Assembly (NCBI GenBank): GCA_039815185.1
Contig: JBCBZT010000001.1
Location: 32,001-96,000, forward strand
Length of the DNA: 64,000 bases
DNA from: Cyanobacteria bacterium P01_A01_bin.123
Lineage (GTDB): Bacteria; Cyanobacteriota; Cyanobacteriia; Phormidesmidales; Phormidesmidaceae
Direction: 5' to 3'
In this document: piece after piece, positions 32,530 through 42,201 of the stretch
Layout of the letters: each line of letters begins with the position of its first letter
Position numbering within the stretch: position 1 is the stretch's first letter
Notes under the pieces: generated by a model
Seen by the model: only the letters and a program-made list of their open reading frames with translations
Told to the model about the DNA's origin: nothing
Database searches by the model: none
Translations under genes and position numbers: made by a program

Positions 32530-33537
32530 ATGCAGAACTTTCGCAATTTTTACGACATTTTGGAGGTGTCCTCAGAGGCTCCCTTAGACGAAATCAAGCG
32601 AGCCTATCGGCGACTAGCGCGACAGTATCACCCCGATCTGAATCCGGGCGATAAAACGGCAGAGGAGCGCTTCAAACTGTTGGGTGAAGCCTATGAAGTT
32701 CTCTCTGACCAAGAGCGGCGATCGCAGTACGAAGCATTCAGTAGCTTTTGGAAACAAAAGGGATTTGGATTTCGCCGAGGGAATAAAGGTAATGGCCGTA
32801 ACGGGCGGTTTTCCTTCGGTGACCTTGACTTTGGCGAATTTCGCGACTTCAACAAATTTGTCGATCAACTGCTGAAACACCGTAGCGCTGATATCAATGC
32901 TCAGCCCAGCACTTCAACTACCACCACAGCAGTTGAGGAAGATCCCTATCGCCAGTCTTCTAAAAATAGGGGCCCTAAAAATAGGCCCCCAAAAACCGGA
33001 AATCCAGTTAAATCACGTCCTGGTCGGCGCGATGCCGAAGCCCATTTAGTGATTCCGCTAGAAAAAGCCTATGCAGGTGGACAAGAACGTATTCGCCTAG
33101 AAGACGGGCGTTCCTTGGAGGTGAATATGCCACCGGGTATGATTACCGGGCAGCGGATTCGACTCAAAGGTCAGGGGATTGGGGGGGGCAATCTCTATCT
33201 GCGCATTGAAGTGAAGCCCCACGATTACTTTAAACTCCAGGGCAACGATATTTTTTGCAAAGTTCCAGTCACGCCTAGCGAGGCAGCCTTGGGGGGCATG
33301 ATTGACGTACCTACGCTAGGGGGTTGGGTGAAGATGACGATTCCGGCGGGGGTGCAGTCTGGTCAACGGCTTCGCTTAGCTGGGAAAGGCTACCCGATTG
33401 GCCAAAACAGCTGGGGCGATCAATTTGTGCAGGTGGAGATTGTGGTGCCGAGTGCGATCAGCGATCGCGAAGAAGCTCTATATCGACAGCTCCGGGAGAT
33501 CGAGACCTTAGATCCGCGCTCCAAATTACAGTTTTAG
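32530..33537 (+). CDS. DnaJ-class (CbpA-like) co-chaperone
   Basis: J domain with HPD motif; DnaJ_C domain; no zinc finger; directly after dnaK. Confidence 0.92.
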   Translation: MQNFRNFYDILEVSSEAPLDEIKRAYRRLARQYHPDLNPGDKTAEERFKLLGEAYEVLSDQERRSQYEAFSSFWKQKGFGFRRGNKGNGRNGRFSFGDLDFGEFRDFNKFVDQLLKHRSADINAQPSTSTTTTAVEEDPYRQSSKNRGPKNRPPKTGNPVKSRPGRRDAEAHLVIPLEKAYAGGQERIRLEDGRSLEVNMPPGMITGQRIRLKGQGIGGGNLYLRIEVKPHDYFKLQGNDIFCKVPVTPSEAALGGMIDVPTLGGWVKMTIPAGVQSGQRLRLAGKGYPIGQNSWGDQFVQVEIVVPSAISDREEALYRQLREIETLDPRSKLQF

Positions 33538-33558
33538 TCCGATTTAGCGTGGCAACGA

Positions 33559-33634
33559 CTAAGACTGTCATCAATTGAACGCGAAAAGCTTGATGGCTGA
33601 GCCTTGCCACGCCCGACCCAACTCAACGAACTAG
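33559..33634 (+). mobile_element. MITE family A, truncated copy
   Basis: CTAAGACTGTCATCAATTGAACGCGAAAAGCTTGATGGCTGAGCCTTGCCACGCCCGACCCAAC...CTAG. Confidence 0.7.
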
Positions 33635-33637
33635 TAT

Positions 33638-33928
33638 CTAGTGACGGAGCCATTTGGTGAGGATACGCATGGGTTTGCCGCTGACAGGATCGATCTGAGG
33701 TTTACTCCAGGCACGGGGTTCGGCAAAGCCGAGGGAGTTGAGGATGCCAATGACCAGGCTAATGCCAGGATTAGGGCCAATGAGGATGATATGGATAGGT
33801 TCACGCTTGGGGGCGGTTGCTTTGAGGATGTCAGGGGGGCGACTCGTTTCTGGGTTGGGCGTCGTGGATTCATCAAGGGTGTCGGGTGGCAAACTGTAGG
33901 TTTCGGTGTCAGGGGTAATGTTTAGCAT
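33638..33928 (-). CDS. Small conserved-looking cyanobacterial hypothetical protein
   Basis: REPIHIILIG...I..L..LGFAEPRAWS.PQ...MRILTK pattern; strong 5' hairpin at 33962-33985. Confidence 0.65.
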   Translation of the reverse strand: MLNITPDTETYSLPPDTLDESTTPNPETSRPPDILKATAPKREPIHIILIGPNPGISLVIGILNSLGFAEPRAWSKPQIDPVSGKPMRILTKWLRH

Positions 33929-34036
33929 GGTGAGAGGAGAATTTTGGGTACAAGACTGGGTGCGGTGGGCACGAAAGCCCACCGCTAGATGAGAGTCTGA
34001 AGTAGCAAAATTTTGGACGTTCCAGTAGCAGATCCT

Positions 34037-35338
34037 TCAAAAGATCTGGTTGTCCGGAAAGTCTTGTGAACTTAACTCATTTGCCAATGCTGCCACACTC
34101 ATCACATCCCGAAAAACGCGGAGTAAATTCCCCCCCCAGAGTTTGTTGATTTCCTCAGGCGTATATCCACGGGTCAACAGCTCTTGAGTAATGTTAGGCA
34201 TTTGAGAAACATCCTCAAGATTGACTAAGCCACCCCCCCCATCAAAATCGGAGCCAATCCCGACATGCTCTATCCCCATCACATCCACCATATGATCAAG
34301 GTGATCAATCGCATTAGCCAGGGTCGGTTTGTTCTCGGGATATTGTTGGTTAATCGCTCGATATTGGGCAAAAAGTTCAGCAGTTTCAGCTTCACTGAGT
34401 TCGCCCTGTTGCCAGGCTTGACGGTCTGGCTCTAGGGCGGCTAAAGCCGCTTCTCGCTCCGGGGTTTGGGGCATTTCTTTGATGAAATCATCCAGCAAGC
34501 ACAGTTGCACAACACCACCATTAAGCTGAATCGCTTTCAGCATATCGTCATCCATATTACGAGGCACATCTCGTAAGGCCCGGGCACTCGAATGAGAGGC
34601 AATAATCGGTGCCTGACTCAGTCGAATAACATCCCAAAACGTCTCATCATGGACATGGGAAATATCGATCATGATGCCTAAGCGATTCATCTCTTGAACC
34701 ACTGCGATCCCAAATGGGCTTAACCCACCCCACTCCAATTGTTCATCGGTAGAAGAATCGGCTAGATCATTATTCAACGTGTGGGTTAACGTGATATACC
34801 GGATGCCCCGATCGTAAAAGAATTTGACTTTGTCGATATCATTCCCAAGTGGATAACCATTTTCCATCCCGAGAAATATCGCCCGTTTACCCGCTTGCTC
34901 AATGCGGTAGGCATCGTCTGGGGTTAACGCGATTTCAGCACGATCGGGATGCTGGTTAACCATCTGTTGGGTTAAGTCAATTAATTGGTTTGCCAGCGTA
35001 TTTACCGCTTCATATCCGTCTGGGGTTCGGGCACGCTGGGGCGTAAAGATTGACATAAACACGGCGTCTAATTTGCCCTGCTCCATGCGAGTCAGATCCC
35101 ACTGACCACTCCCAGCAGCGCCCGTTTCATGACCGATGCCCGGATCAAAGTCTGGATTAAATGATTGCCTAATTGGCCAATCGATGTGGGCATCTAGGGT
35201 CAAGGTTTGTTCATGGAGCAAGGCAGCTTGTTCAGATACCGATAAGCTGGGTTGATTGCCGTAGGCCCTTTGCCCAATCACAAGCGTGATCAAGACCAAG
35301 ATGAAAATGATCAATCCATTGGAAACCCTAGATTTCAT
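34037..35338 (-). CDS. Membrane dipeptidase (peptidase M19), exported
   Basis: DAHID, GMENG, YITLTH, IDISH, IASHSS, VGIGSDFDGG, GGNLLRV; hydrophobic N-terminus. Confidence 0.92.
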   Translation of the reverse strand: MKSRVSNGLIIFILVLITLVIGQRAYGNQPSLSVSEQAALLHEQTLTLDAHIDWPIRQSFNPDFDPGIGHETGAAGSGQWDLTRMEQGKLDAVFMSIFTPQRARTPDGYEAVNTLANQLIDLTQQMVNQHPDRAEIALTPDDAYRIEQAGKRAIFLGMENGYPLGNDIDKVKFFYDRGIRYITLTHTLNNDLADSSTDEQLEWGGLSPFGIAVVQEMNRLGIMIDISHVHDETFWDVIRLSQAPIIASHSSARALRDVPRNMDDDMLKAIQLNGGVVQLCLLDDFIKEMPQTPEREAALAALEPDRQAWQQGELSEAETAELFAQYRAINQQYPENKPTLANAIDHLDHMVDVMGIEHVGIGSDFDGGGGLVNLEDVSQMPNITQELLTRGYTPEEINKLWGGNLLRVFRDVMSVAALANELSSQDFPDNQIF

Positions 35339-35634
35339 GGCTCTGTAAGATGCATAATGCATCAATTCTATAGCAGTTGCCACAAAGCTTTATGCGCTAC
35401 CGCTAGCCAGATTGTTTGTAGACTAAGCGTCATGGCAAAACTCGGGGCATTAAGCAATCTAGCCAACACTATAATTGGCAAAACTCCACCGCGAGTGGAT
35501 TTGGACACTCGTGCTGCCCTGAAAGCGCACCTACGAGAACCCATGATTCGGATGACATTTGTGTCTTCAGAGATTGGCGTTTACGAGTTCTAGGTATCTT
35601 GACCGCGATTCAAGCCATTGAAGACTGGCCGCGG

Positions 35635-37587
35635 CTAAGACACTAATTCTGCCAACTCCATCCAGCGTTCAGTTGATTGGTCGATATCAGCAGTCAGTGC
35701 AGCGAGCTTTTCAGTTAGCGCTTGCAGGGCTTCGTAGTCGCTGGGTGGATTTTGGTAAAGCATTTTTTCGAGGGCTGCCTTTTCGGTTTCCATCTCGGGG
35801 ATTTTGCCCTCTAACAGTTCATACTCCCGCTTTTCTTTGTAAGACAGTTTGCGGGATCGTTTTTGGGCTTGTCCGTTGCTGGGGCTGACCGTAGCCGTGT
35901 TTTGGATTTCTGTCTCTGAAGAACGGGGCGTGCTATTTTTTCCACCCCCCTGCTTGTCGTCTGGCACTTGCTTGCGCCGTTTGAAATCAAGGTAGAGGGA
36001 GTAGTTGCCAGGATACTGGCGCACTTGACCGTTGTCTTCAAAGGCAAATAGCATGTTGACCGTGCGATCGAGAAAGTAGCGATCGTGGGAAACGGTAATG
36101 ACGCAGCCGTTGAAGCCTTCGAGATATTCTTCAAGCACCGCTAGGGTTTGCACGTCGAGGTCATTGGTGGGCTCGTCTAAAATCAACACGTTGGGCGCTT
36201 CCATCAGCACCTGCAGCAAAAATAGTCGCCGCTTTTCTCCACCGGAGAGTTTATGAATGGGGGCGTACTGCTGATTCGGCGGAAATAAAAACCGCTCCAA
36301 CATTTGGGAGGCGCTAATTAAGCTGCCGTCAGCGGTTTGGACGTAGGCTCCGATGTCTTTGATGTAGTCGATGGCCCGCTGCTCTTGGTTGAGGGCCGCG
36401 AGTAAATGGTCGGAGTGCTGGTCAAAATAGCCAATGTGGATGGTGCTGCCGATGTCCACCGTGCCCGTATTCGGTGGGATGCGTCCGGTGATCAGATTCA
36501 TGAGGGTTGATTTGCCGACGCCGTTGCCGCCGATGATGCCGATTCGATCATCGGGAGAAAAGTTGTAGGTGAAGTCTTGAATCAAAACGCGATCGCCGAA
36601 GGATTTAGACACCTCCTTGAGTTCAATCACCTTTTTGCCAATCCGCCGACCGGGGGTAGAAATATCGACCTTACCTTGTACCTGCTTGAATTCCTTCGCC
36701 TGCATGTCTCCAATCCGGTCAATGCGGGCTTTTTGTTTGGTACTGCGAGCTTTGGGGCCGCGTTTGAGCCACTCAAGTTCTCGCCGTAGAATACCCGCGT
36801 GTTTGCGCTGGCGGCTGACTTCAACGTCTTCGGCTTCAGCCTTTTTTTGCAGGTAATAGGCGTAGTTGCCGTCAAAGGTGTACAGATCGCCCCGGTCGAT
36901 TTCTAAAATTCGGTTAGTGACTTGATCCAAAAAGTAGCGGTCGTGGGTGACCAGCAGCAATGCCCCGCGATGGCCTTTGAGATAATTTTGTAGCCACTCC
37001 ACCGATTCTGCATCCAGGTGGTTAGTGGGCTCGTCCATTAACAGCAAATCGGGCGAGGAGAGCAGCGCTGTAGCCAGGGCAATACGTTTGCGATAGCCGC
37101 CGGAGAGAGATTTGATCGGCGCGTCAAAGTCTTCGATGCCCAGCTTGGTCAGCACGATTTTGGCATTGGTTTCGAGGTCCCAAGCCCCGGCATTTTCCAT
37201 GGCTTCGGTCACGGTGGCCAGTTGGCCCATCAGACGATCGAGTTCATCTGCTTGGGCATGGGCCATGCGGTGGGAGAGGTCTTCGTATTGCTGTACCAGC
37301 CGCATTTGTTCGGTGCTATCGGCAAAGACCTGCTCAAGCACCGTTTTGTCGTCGTCCAGATTAGGCTGTTGAGGCAAATAGACGACTGTCGCACTGGGAT
37401 TGACCCAGCGATCGCCGCCGTCAATCGGTTCCAATCCCGCAATCATTTTCAGTAGCGTCGATTTGCCCGACCCGTTGGTGCCAATTAGCCCAACTTTATC
37501 GGCTTCCCCAATGCTGAACTGGGCCTCGTGCAAGATGGTCTTGATGCCGAAGTCCTTGGTGACAGATTGAAAGGTGAGAACGCTCAT
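35635..37587 (-). CDS. ABC-F family ATP-binding protein (Uup-like)
   Basis: Two ABC cassettes (GTNGSGKST, LSGGY, DEPTNHLD; GGNGVGKST, LSGGEKRRL, DEPTNDLD); C-terminal KLSYKEKRE...RWMEL. Confidence 0.93.
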   Translation of the reverse strand: MSVLTFQSVTKDFGIKTILHEAQFSIGEADKVGLIGTNGSGKSTLLKMIAGLEPIDGGDRWVNPSATVVYLPQQPNLDDDKTVLEQVFADSTEQMRLVQQYEDLSHRMAHAQADELDRLMGQLATVTEAMENAGAWDLETNAKIVLTKLGIEDFDAPIKSLSGGYRKRIALATALLSSPDLLLMDEPTNHLDAESVEWLQNYLKGHRGALLLVTHDRYFLDQVTNRILEIDRGDLYTFDGNYAYYLQKKAEAEDVEVSRQRKHAGILRRELEWLKRGPKARSTKQKARIDRIGDMQAKEFKQVQGKVDISTPGRRIGKKVIELKEVSKSFGDRVLIQDFTYNFSPDDRIGIIGGNGVGKSTLMNLITGRIPPNTGTVDIGSTIHIGYFDQHSDHLLAALNQEQRAIDYIKDIGAYVQTADGSLISASQMLERFLFPPNQQYAPIHKLSGGEKRRLFLLQVLMEAPNVLILDEPTNDLDVQTLAVLEEYLEGFNGCVITVSHDRYFLDRTVNMLFAFEDNGQVRQYPGNYSLYLDFKRRKQVPDDKQGGGKNSTPRSSETEIQNTATVSPSNGQAQKRSRKLSYKEKREYELLEGKIPEMETEKAALEKMLYQNPPSDYEALQALTEKLAALTADIDQSTERWMELAELVS

Positions 37588-37632
37588 CGAAACTCCAGCG
37601 GCGCACAAGTCCTCTAACAGTTTAGACAAGTC

Positions 37633-38721
37633 TTAGCAACTCAGCGCCGGGAATGCGGCCTGAATGGCTGGATGCACCAGTTTACCTTCAGCCACATTCA
37701 ACCCCTGCTGTAACGCGTCATCCTTGGACAGGGCATCAAGACCCTCTCGAGCCAATTTGATTACATAGGGCAGTGTGGCGTTATTTAAGGCTTGGGTCGC
37801 CGTCCAAGGTACAGCCCCTGGCATGTTGGGCACCCCAAAGTGAACTACCCCTGATTCCACATAGGTGGGTTGGCTGTGGGAGGTGGGTCGCAGGGTTTCG
37901 ATACAGCCCCCCTGATCAACCGCAACATCGATAATCACAGAGCCCGACGTCATCTCGGCAACGAGCGCTTGATTCACCAGGGTGGGTGCTTTACGCCCTG
38001 GTACTAGGACTGCCCCAATTAGCAAATCTGCTTCTGGCACCGATGCTTCAACCTGGGTCGCCGTACTGTAAAGCAGTTCAACCCGAGACCCAAATAAAGT
38101 TTCTAAATAAGACAAGCGTTCAACGTTGATATCAATAATTTGCACCCGTGCGCCCATGCCGACGGCGATTTTTGCTGCTTCGGTGCCAACGACGCCACCG
38201 CCTAAAATCACCACCTGTCCTGGCAACACCCCAGGCACACCCCCCAGCAAGACCCCGCGTCCACCCTGCTGGCGTTCGAGATAGCGGGCCCCAAATTGAA
38301 CCGACAATCTTCCAGCAATCACGCTCATCGGAGTTAGCAACGGCAGTTTACCGTCTGCGGTGGCGACGGTTTCATAGGCGATCGCGTGGATACCACTTGC
38401 CAACAGCGCTTTCGTTAAAGCTGGCTCTGCGGCCAAGTGCAAATAGGTAAATAAGATCAAGTCTTTGCGAAAGAAGCCATATTCAGCGGGTTGGGGTTCT
38501 TTGACCTTAACCACCATGTCCTGCGCCCAAGCGATCGCGGCATCGGTCACCAACTTTGCCCCCGCTTGGCTATAGTCTTCGTCGCTAAAGCCCGCCCCCA
38601 TCCCAGCACCACACTCCACTACCACCTGATGACCTTGGCGATGCAGGCTTTGCACACTGGTTGGGGTTAAACCGACCCGAAACTCTTGATCTTTAATCTC
38701 TTTGGGCAATCCAATCTGCAT
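37633..38721 (-). CDS. ald: Alanine dehydrogenase
   Basis: MQIGLPKEIKDQEFRVG, VKVKEP, FTYLHLAA, GGGVVG, DVAVDQGGC, VPNMPGAVP. Confidence 0.96.
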   Translation of the reverse strand: MQIGLPKEIKDQEFRVGLTPTSVQSLHRQGHQVVVECGAGMGAGFSDEDYSQAGAKLVTDAAIAWAQDMVVKVKEPQPAEYGFFRKDLILFTYLHLAAEPALTKALLASGIHAIAYETVATADGKLPLLTPMSVIAGRLSVQFGARYLERQQGGRGVLLGGVPGVLPGQVVILGGGVVGTEAAKIAVGMGARVQIIDINVERLSYLETLFGSRVELLYSTATQVEASVPEADLLIGAVLVPGRKAPTLVNQALVAEMTSGSVIIDVAVDQGGCIETLRPTSHSQPTYVESGVVHFGVPNMPGAVPWTATQALNNATLPYVIKLAREGLDALSKDDALQQGLNVAEGKLVHPAIQAAFPALSC

Positions 38722-38975
38722 GGCAGTGACCTTTACGCTCCATTTATCGGTTTTTCGACTGTAAGCAAGATAGCTCAAAGCTTCCTGCAACGTTGCTCAT
38801 AGCAATCCATGCGTTCAAGAGATCAGGTAACGATCCTGCCAAATCCTTTACAATTTGAAATAATTGCATTCGCTTTGAGACGTTCGGATGGGGTGTGACG
38901 TGCCGTATCCCTCATCCGGCCTATCTCTCATTCAGATAGCGTTCAAGGTTTAGTTGAATTTTCAGGTGGTGGATT

Positions 38976-39887
38976 ATGACATCGGCGATCGCGGCTCCTA
39001 TTTCTACCCATTGGCACTGGCGAGACCAGGCTATTCATTACGTCAAAGCAGGGCAACCTCGTCGTGATTTACCCCCGCTGTTACTGGTTCACGGGTTTGG
39101 CGGGTCTACCGATCACTGGCGCAAAAATATCGCTGGACTGCAAACTGAGTTTGAAGTCTGGGCTATTGATCTGCTGGGCTTTGGTCGTTCAGCCAAACCC
39201 GACTGGCAATACAGCGGTGACCTCTGGCGCGACCAGCTCAGCGACTTTATCAATCAGGTGATTGGCCGACCTGCGGTACTCGCGGGTAATTCTTTGGGGG
39301 GCTATGCGTCGTTGTGCGTTGCCGCTCAACGACCTGAAGCAGCAGCAGGTCTGGTTTTACTCAACAGTGCCGGGCCTTTTTCTGAGACAGATTCTGAAGC
39401 GAGTCCCAAAGCGCAGCCCAACCCAATTCGCAAAGCGATCGCGAAAACAGTACAAACCTTTATGCTGCAACCGTTACCCAACTGGCTGCTGTTTCAATAT
39501 GTGCGCCGACCCAGCACTATTCGCAAAACCTTGAAACAAGTCTACGTCGATCACAGCGCCATTACTGATCAGTTGGTGGAAGACATTCGGCGTCCCTCGT
39601 GCGATCCGGGGGCAGCTAAGGTATTCACCTCAATATTTAAGTCTCCAAGGGGAGCCAACGTTGATGAACTATTGAAGCAGTTAACCTGCCCCCTGTTGAT
39701 GCTTTGGGGGGAAGGCGATCCGTGGATCGACGCGCGATCGCGGGGGGCAAAATTTCGCCAGTACTACCCCAACTTGAGCGAACATTATCTGCAAGCGGGC
39801 CACTGTCCCCACGATGAGGTGCCCGATCAGGTTAATGCGCTGCTGGCCGACTGGATAACACAGGTTGTAGGGCCGCAGTCCGTTTGA
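38976..39887 (+). CDS. Alpha/beta fold hydrolase
   Basis: LLVHGFG, DLLGFG, GNSLGG nucleophile elbow, WGEGD, AGHCPHDE. Confidence 0.92.
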   Translation: MTSAIAAPISTHWHWRDQAIHYVKAGQPRRDLPPLLLVHGFGGSTDHWRKNIAGLQTEFEVWAIDLLGFGRSAKPDWQYSGDLWRDQLSDFINQVIGRPAVLAGNSLGGYASLCVAAQRPEAAAGLVLLNSAGPFSETDSEASPKAQPNPIRKAIAKTVQTFMLQPLPNWLLFQYVRRPSTIRKTLKQVYVDHSAITDQLVEDIRRPSCDPGAAKVFTSIFKSPRGANVDELLKQLTCPLLMLWGEGDPWIDARSRGAKFRQYYPNLSEHYLQAGHCPHDEVPDQVNALLADWITQVVGPQSV

Positions 39888-40368
39888 GGTAAAGCGGGTG
39901 ACGTGGCTGATTGGCTTTTGTCCAGCCAAAGCAGTGGCATTTAGAGAGGTAAGGATTGAGCAGGTTGAAAATGGCGCGATCGCGCCCTTGCAAATGGCCC
40001 CAGTTACCCCAAGCCATCACCACCCGTTCAGCCTGTTCCACCGCGGTCAACAGATAACGATCGTTTTCGGCCCCAATCGGCTGCGATGATTGAGACAACT
40101 GTCGGGGATGGGGGGTCTTCAATCCAAACAAGTTAACCACCTCTAGCTGCCCGTATCCCCAAGACTGGGCAAAGCCCATGCAGCGGCGAATAGTGGGATC
40201 GTCACAACGGTGATCGGCAGTGCTTGGATTCAGCATGACAAACACCAGGGTAGCAGGGGGTATGGCTGCTGATGTTGGCCAAGTGCGCAGCAAGACATAG
40301 CGGTACTGTCCGGTTGAATCAAACACCGCCCTTCTGCCGATGCGATTGGCAAGAACGCTTGTTACCAT
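39832..40368 (-). CDS. DUF1643 domain-containing protein
   Basis: YRYVL.R.W, FVMLNPSTAD...DDPTIRRC, VVNLF, AWG, PRHPLY. Confidence 0.9.
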   Translation of the reverse strand: MVTSVLANRIGRRAVFDSTGQYRYVLLRTWPTSAAIPPATLVFVMLNPSTADHRCDDPTIRRCMGFAQSWGYGQLEVVNLFGLKTPHPRQLSQSSQPIGAENDRYLLTAVEQAERVVMAWGNWGHLQGRDRAIFNLLNPYLSKCHCFGWTKANQPRHPLYLKRTAALQPVLSSRPAAH

Positions 40369-40397
40369 TCTTAATATTCGAGCAAAATTAAACTAAA

Positions 40398-40485
40398 CCG
40401 TGTCCACATCCAGCTCCATGGTTTTTCCTTCGTAGGGGCGAGGGGTCTCTCGCCCCTACGAAGGTTTCAAATCGGATGTGGTTTA
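40398..40485 (-). repeat. REP/MITE-like family B, intact copy with GTAGGGGCG palindrome
   Basis: Perfect 16-bp arms CCTTCGTAGGGGCGAG/CTCGCCCCTACGAAGG (40427-40464), flanked by inverted CCACATCC. Confidence 0.8.
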
Positions 40486-40512
40486 TCGCTTGCGATAGAT
40501 TATCCAATGCAT

Positions 40513-40645
40513 CTAGGGCATGTCATCAATTAAACGCGAACAGCTTCATGGCTGAGCCTTGCCACGCCCGGCCCAACTAAACCAGCTGGGAGCTGTAACC
40601 GTTGTTCTAAAAGCAATGGACAATCTAATTGATGATAGCCCCTAG
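40513..40645 (+). mobile_element. MITE family A, full-length copy (133 bp)
   Basis: Imperfect ~20-bp TIRs CTAGGGCATGTCATCAATTA ... TAATTGATGATAGCCCCTAG; non-coding. Confidence 0.8.
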
Positions 40646-40730
40646 CCTCGCAAGCGCTGTCCTCTCTAACTTACAGTCATTAGCTTACAGTCACCAACAT
40701 AGGGTCATCAACCTATCTAAGGAGTTCGTT

Positions 40731-42074
40731 TTGAAAATCTTCCTGGGCTTCAGCCCTACATTGCGCGTTAATTTACTGCTGTTGTTTATTAGCGGTCTTT
40801 GCTTTTGGGCTGGGTTAGCGGGCCTTTTACCCGCCCTCCCTCTCTATATCAGTGAATTTGGCGCAACGGGGCAGCAAATTGGCCTGGTCATGGGTTGCTT
40901 TGGGGTGGGGCTGATTGCCATTCGGCCCCGCATGGCACGGATGGCTGACGAACAGGGTCGCAAAATGGTCTTGCTGATTGGTTTGGTAGCGATCGCTGCC
41001 GCACCTTTTGGGTATTGGTTGGTGGGTTACGTGCCTGATGTAGCCCTAACGATGCCTGGATTTGGCTCTGAATCAGGATTGGAGTCGGGAAAGGCGATCG
41101 CCATCAATATTCATGTTCTTTTGCTGATGCTGATGCGGGCGGGGCACGGCATCAGCATCGCGGCCTATGTCACAGCCTATAGCGCCCTGATTGTAGACTT
41201 AGCACCTGCCAACAGTCGGGGGGAACTGATTGGCTATATGAGTTTGGTCAATCCCCTGGGGATGGCATTGGGGCCAGCATTGGGGGGCTTTTTAGTTGAA
41301 TCAGCCGGATTCCAGGCGGTGTTTTTAGTCACTGGGGGCCTGGGTTTGTTGGGCCTGGTGTTTTCCAGTCGAGTTAAGGAAACGTCCCCGAAGGAAATTG
41401 CCGACGTTCGCCCCAGTAGCGCGATCACCCCGGCCCCAGACAACCGCCAGCCCCAACTCTTTTGGCGATTGTTATTGACGCCCCGAATTCGCATTCCCGC
41501 CGTGATCTTGCTATTGGTCGGACTGGCCTTTGGCAGTCTGGCCACATTTATTCCGCTTTATGTCAAGTCGCTAGGACTTGATCTCAACGTGGGCTTGATT
41601 TATACCGCTTCTGCTGCGGCCAGCTTCACCGTACGCTTTTTGGTGGGTTCTGCTTCCGACCGCCATGGCCGGGGACGATTTATCACCCTGAGTTTGGTGT
41701 TTTATACCCTGGCAATGACCGTGATGTGGATGGCTGATAGTAACGTCATGTTGCTGTTGGGAGGGTTACTGCAAGGAGCTGGGGGAGGCACTTTGATTCC
41801 GATGATCGCCGCGTTAATGGCCGATCGGTCCCATCCCAATGAACGGGCCCGGATTTTTGGCCTGTGTATGGTGGGTTTTGATGTGGGTATCGCGATCGCA
41901 GGGCCAATTTTTGGCCAAGTGGCCGACATGATTGGCTACCGCAGTATTTTTGGCCTATCCGCCATCATGACATCGCTGGGGTTGATCATCTTCACCACGG
42001 CTTCCAGCAAAGATCTAAGGCATTCTCTGCAGTTTTCTTTGAGCCACGGACGAGACGTTTATGCAGTTGATTAA
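40731..42074 (+). CDS. MFS transporter
   Basis: Multiple hydrophobic helices; motif A (MADEQGRK; SDRHGRG); TTG start after AAGGAG. Confidence 0.92.
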   Translation: MKIFLGFSPTLRVNLLLLFISGLCFWAGLAGLLPALPLYISEFGATGQQIGLVMGCFGVGLIAIRPRMARMADEQGRKMVLLIGLVAIAAAPFGYWLVGYVPDVALTMPGFGSESGLESGKAIAINIHVLLLMLMRAGHGISIAAYVTAYSALIVDLAPANSRGELIGYMSLVNPLGMALGPALGGFLVESAGFQAVFLVTGGLGLLGLVFSSRVKETSPKEIADVRPSSAITPAPDNRQPQLFWRLLLTPRIRIPAVILLLVGLAFGSLATFIPLYVKSLGLDLNVGLIYTASAAASFTVRFLVGSASDRHGRGRFITLSLVFYTLAMTVMWMADSNVMLLLGGLLQGAGGGTLIPMIAALMADRSHPNERARIFGLCMVGFDVGIAIAGPIFGQVADMIGYRSIFGLSAIMTSLGLIIFTTASSKDLRHSLQFSLSHGRDVYAVD

Positions 42075-42077
42075 AAA

Positions 42078-42151
42078 CGGGCGAGGAGGGATTCGAACCC
42101 CCGACACCGTGGTCCGTAGCCACGTGCTCTAGTCCACTGAGCTACACGCCC
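42078..42151 (-). tRNA. tRNA-Arg(ACG)
   Basis: Reverse complement GGGCGTGTAGCTCAGTGGACTAGAGCACGTGGCTACGGACCACG...GGTTCGAATCCCTCCTCGCCCG. Confidence 0.96.
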
Positions 42152-42201
42152 TCACCGAAAATCAATCGTAGCACACTCCATCCAGACGACAAACTCTTTT
42201 T

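Noticed and set aside
35635..37587. ABC-F gene looks more GC-rich at third positions (possible transfer or antibiotic-resistance ABC-F)
   Set aside because: Has HIP1 sites, a Uup-type C-terminus and no mobility signals; the compositional impression was not quantified.
22469..42151. tRNA genes as integration sites for islands or prophages
   Set aside because: No integrase, no duplicated tRNA 3' ends and no phage genes next to any of the four tRNAs.
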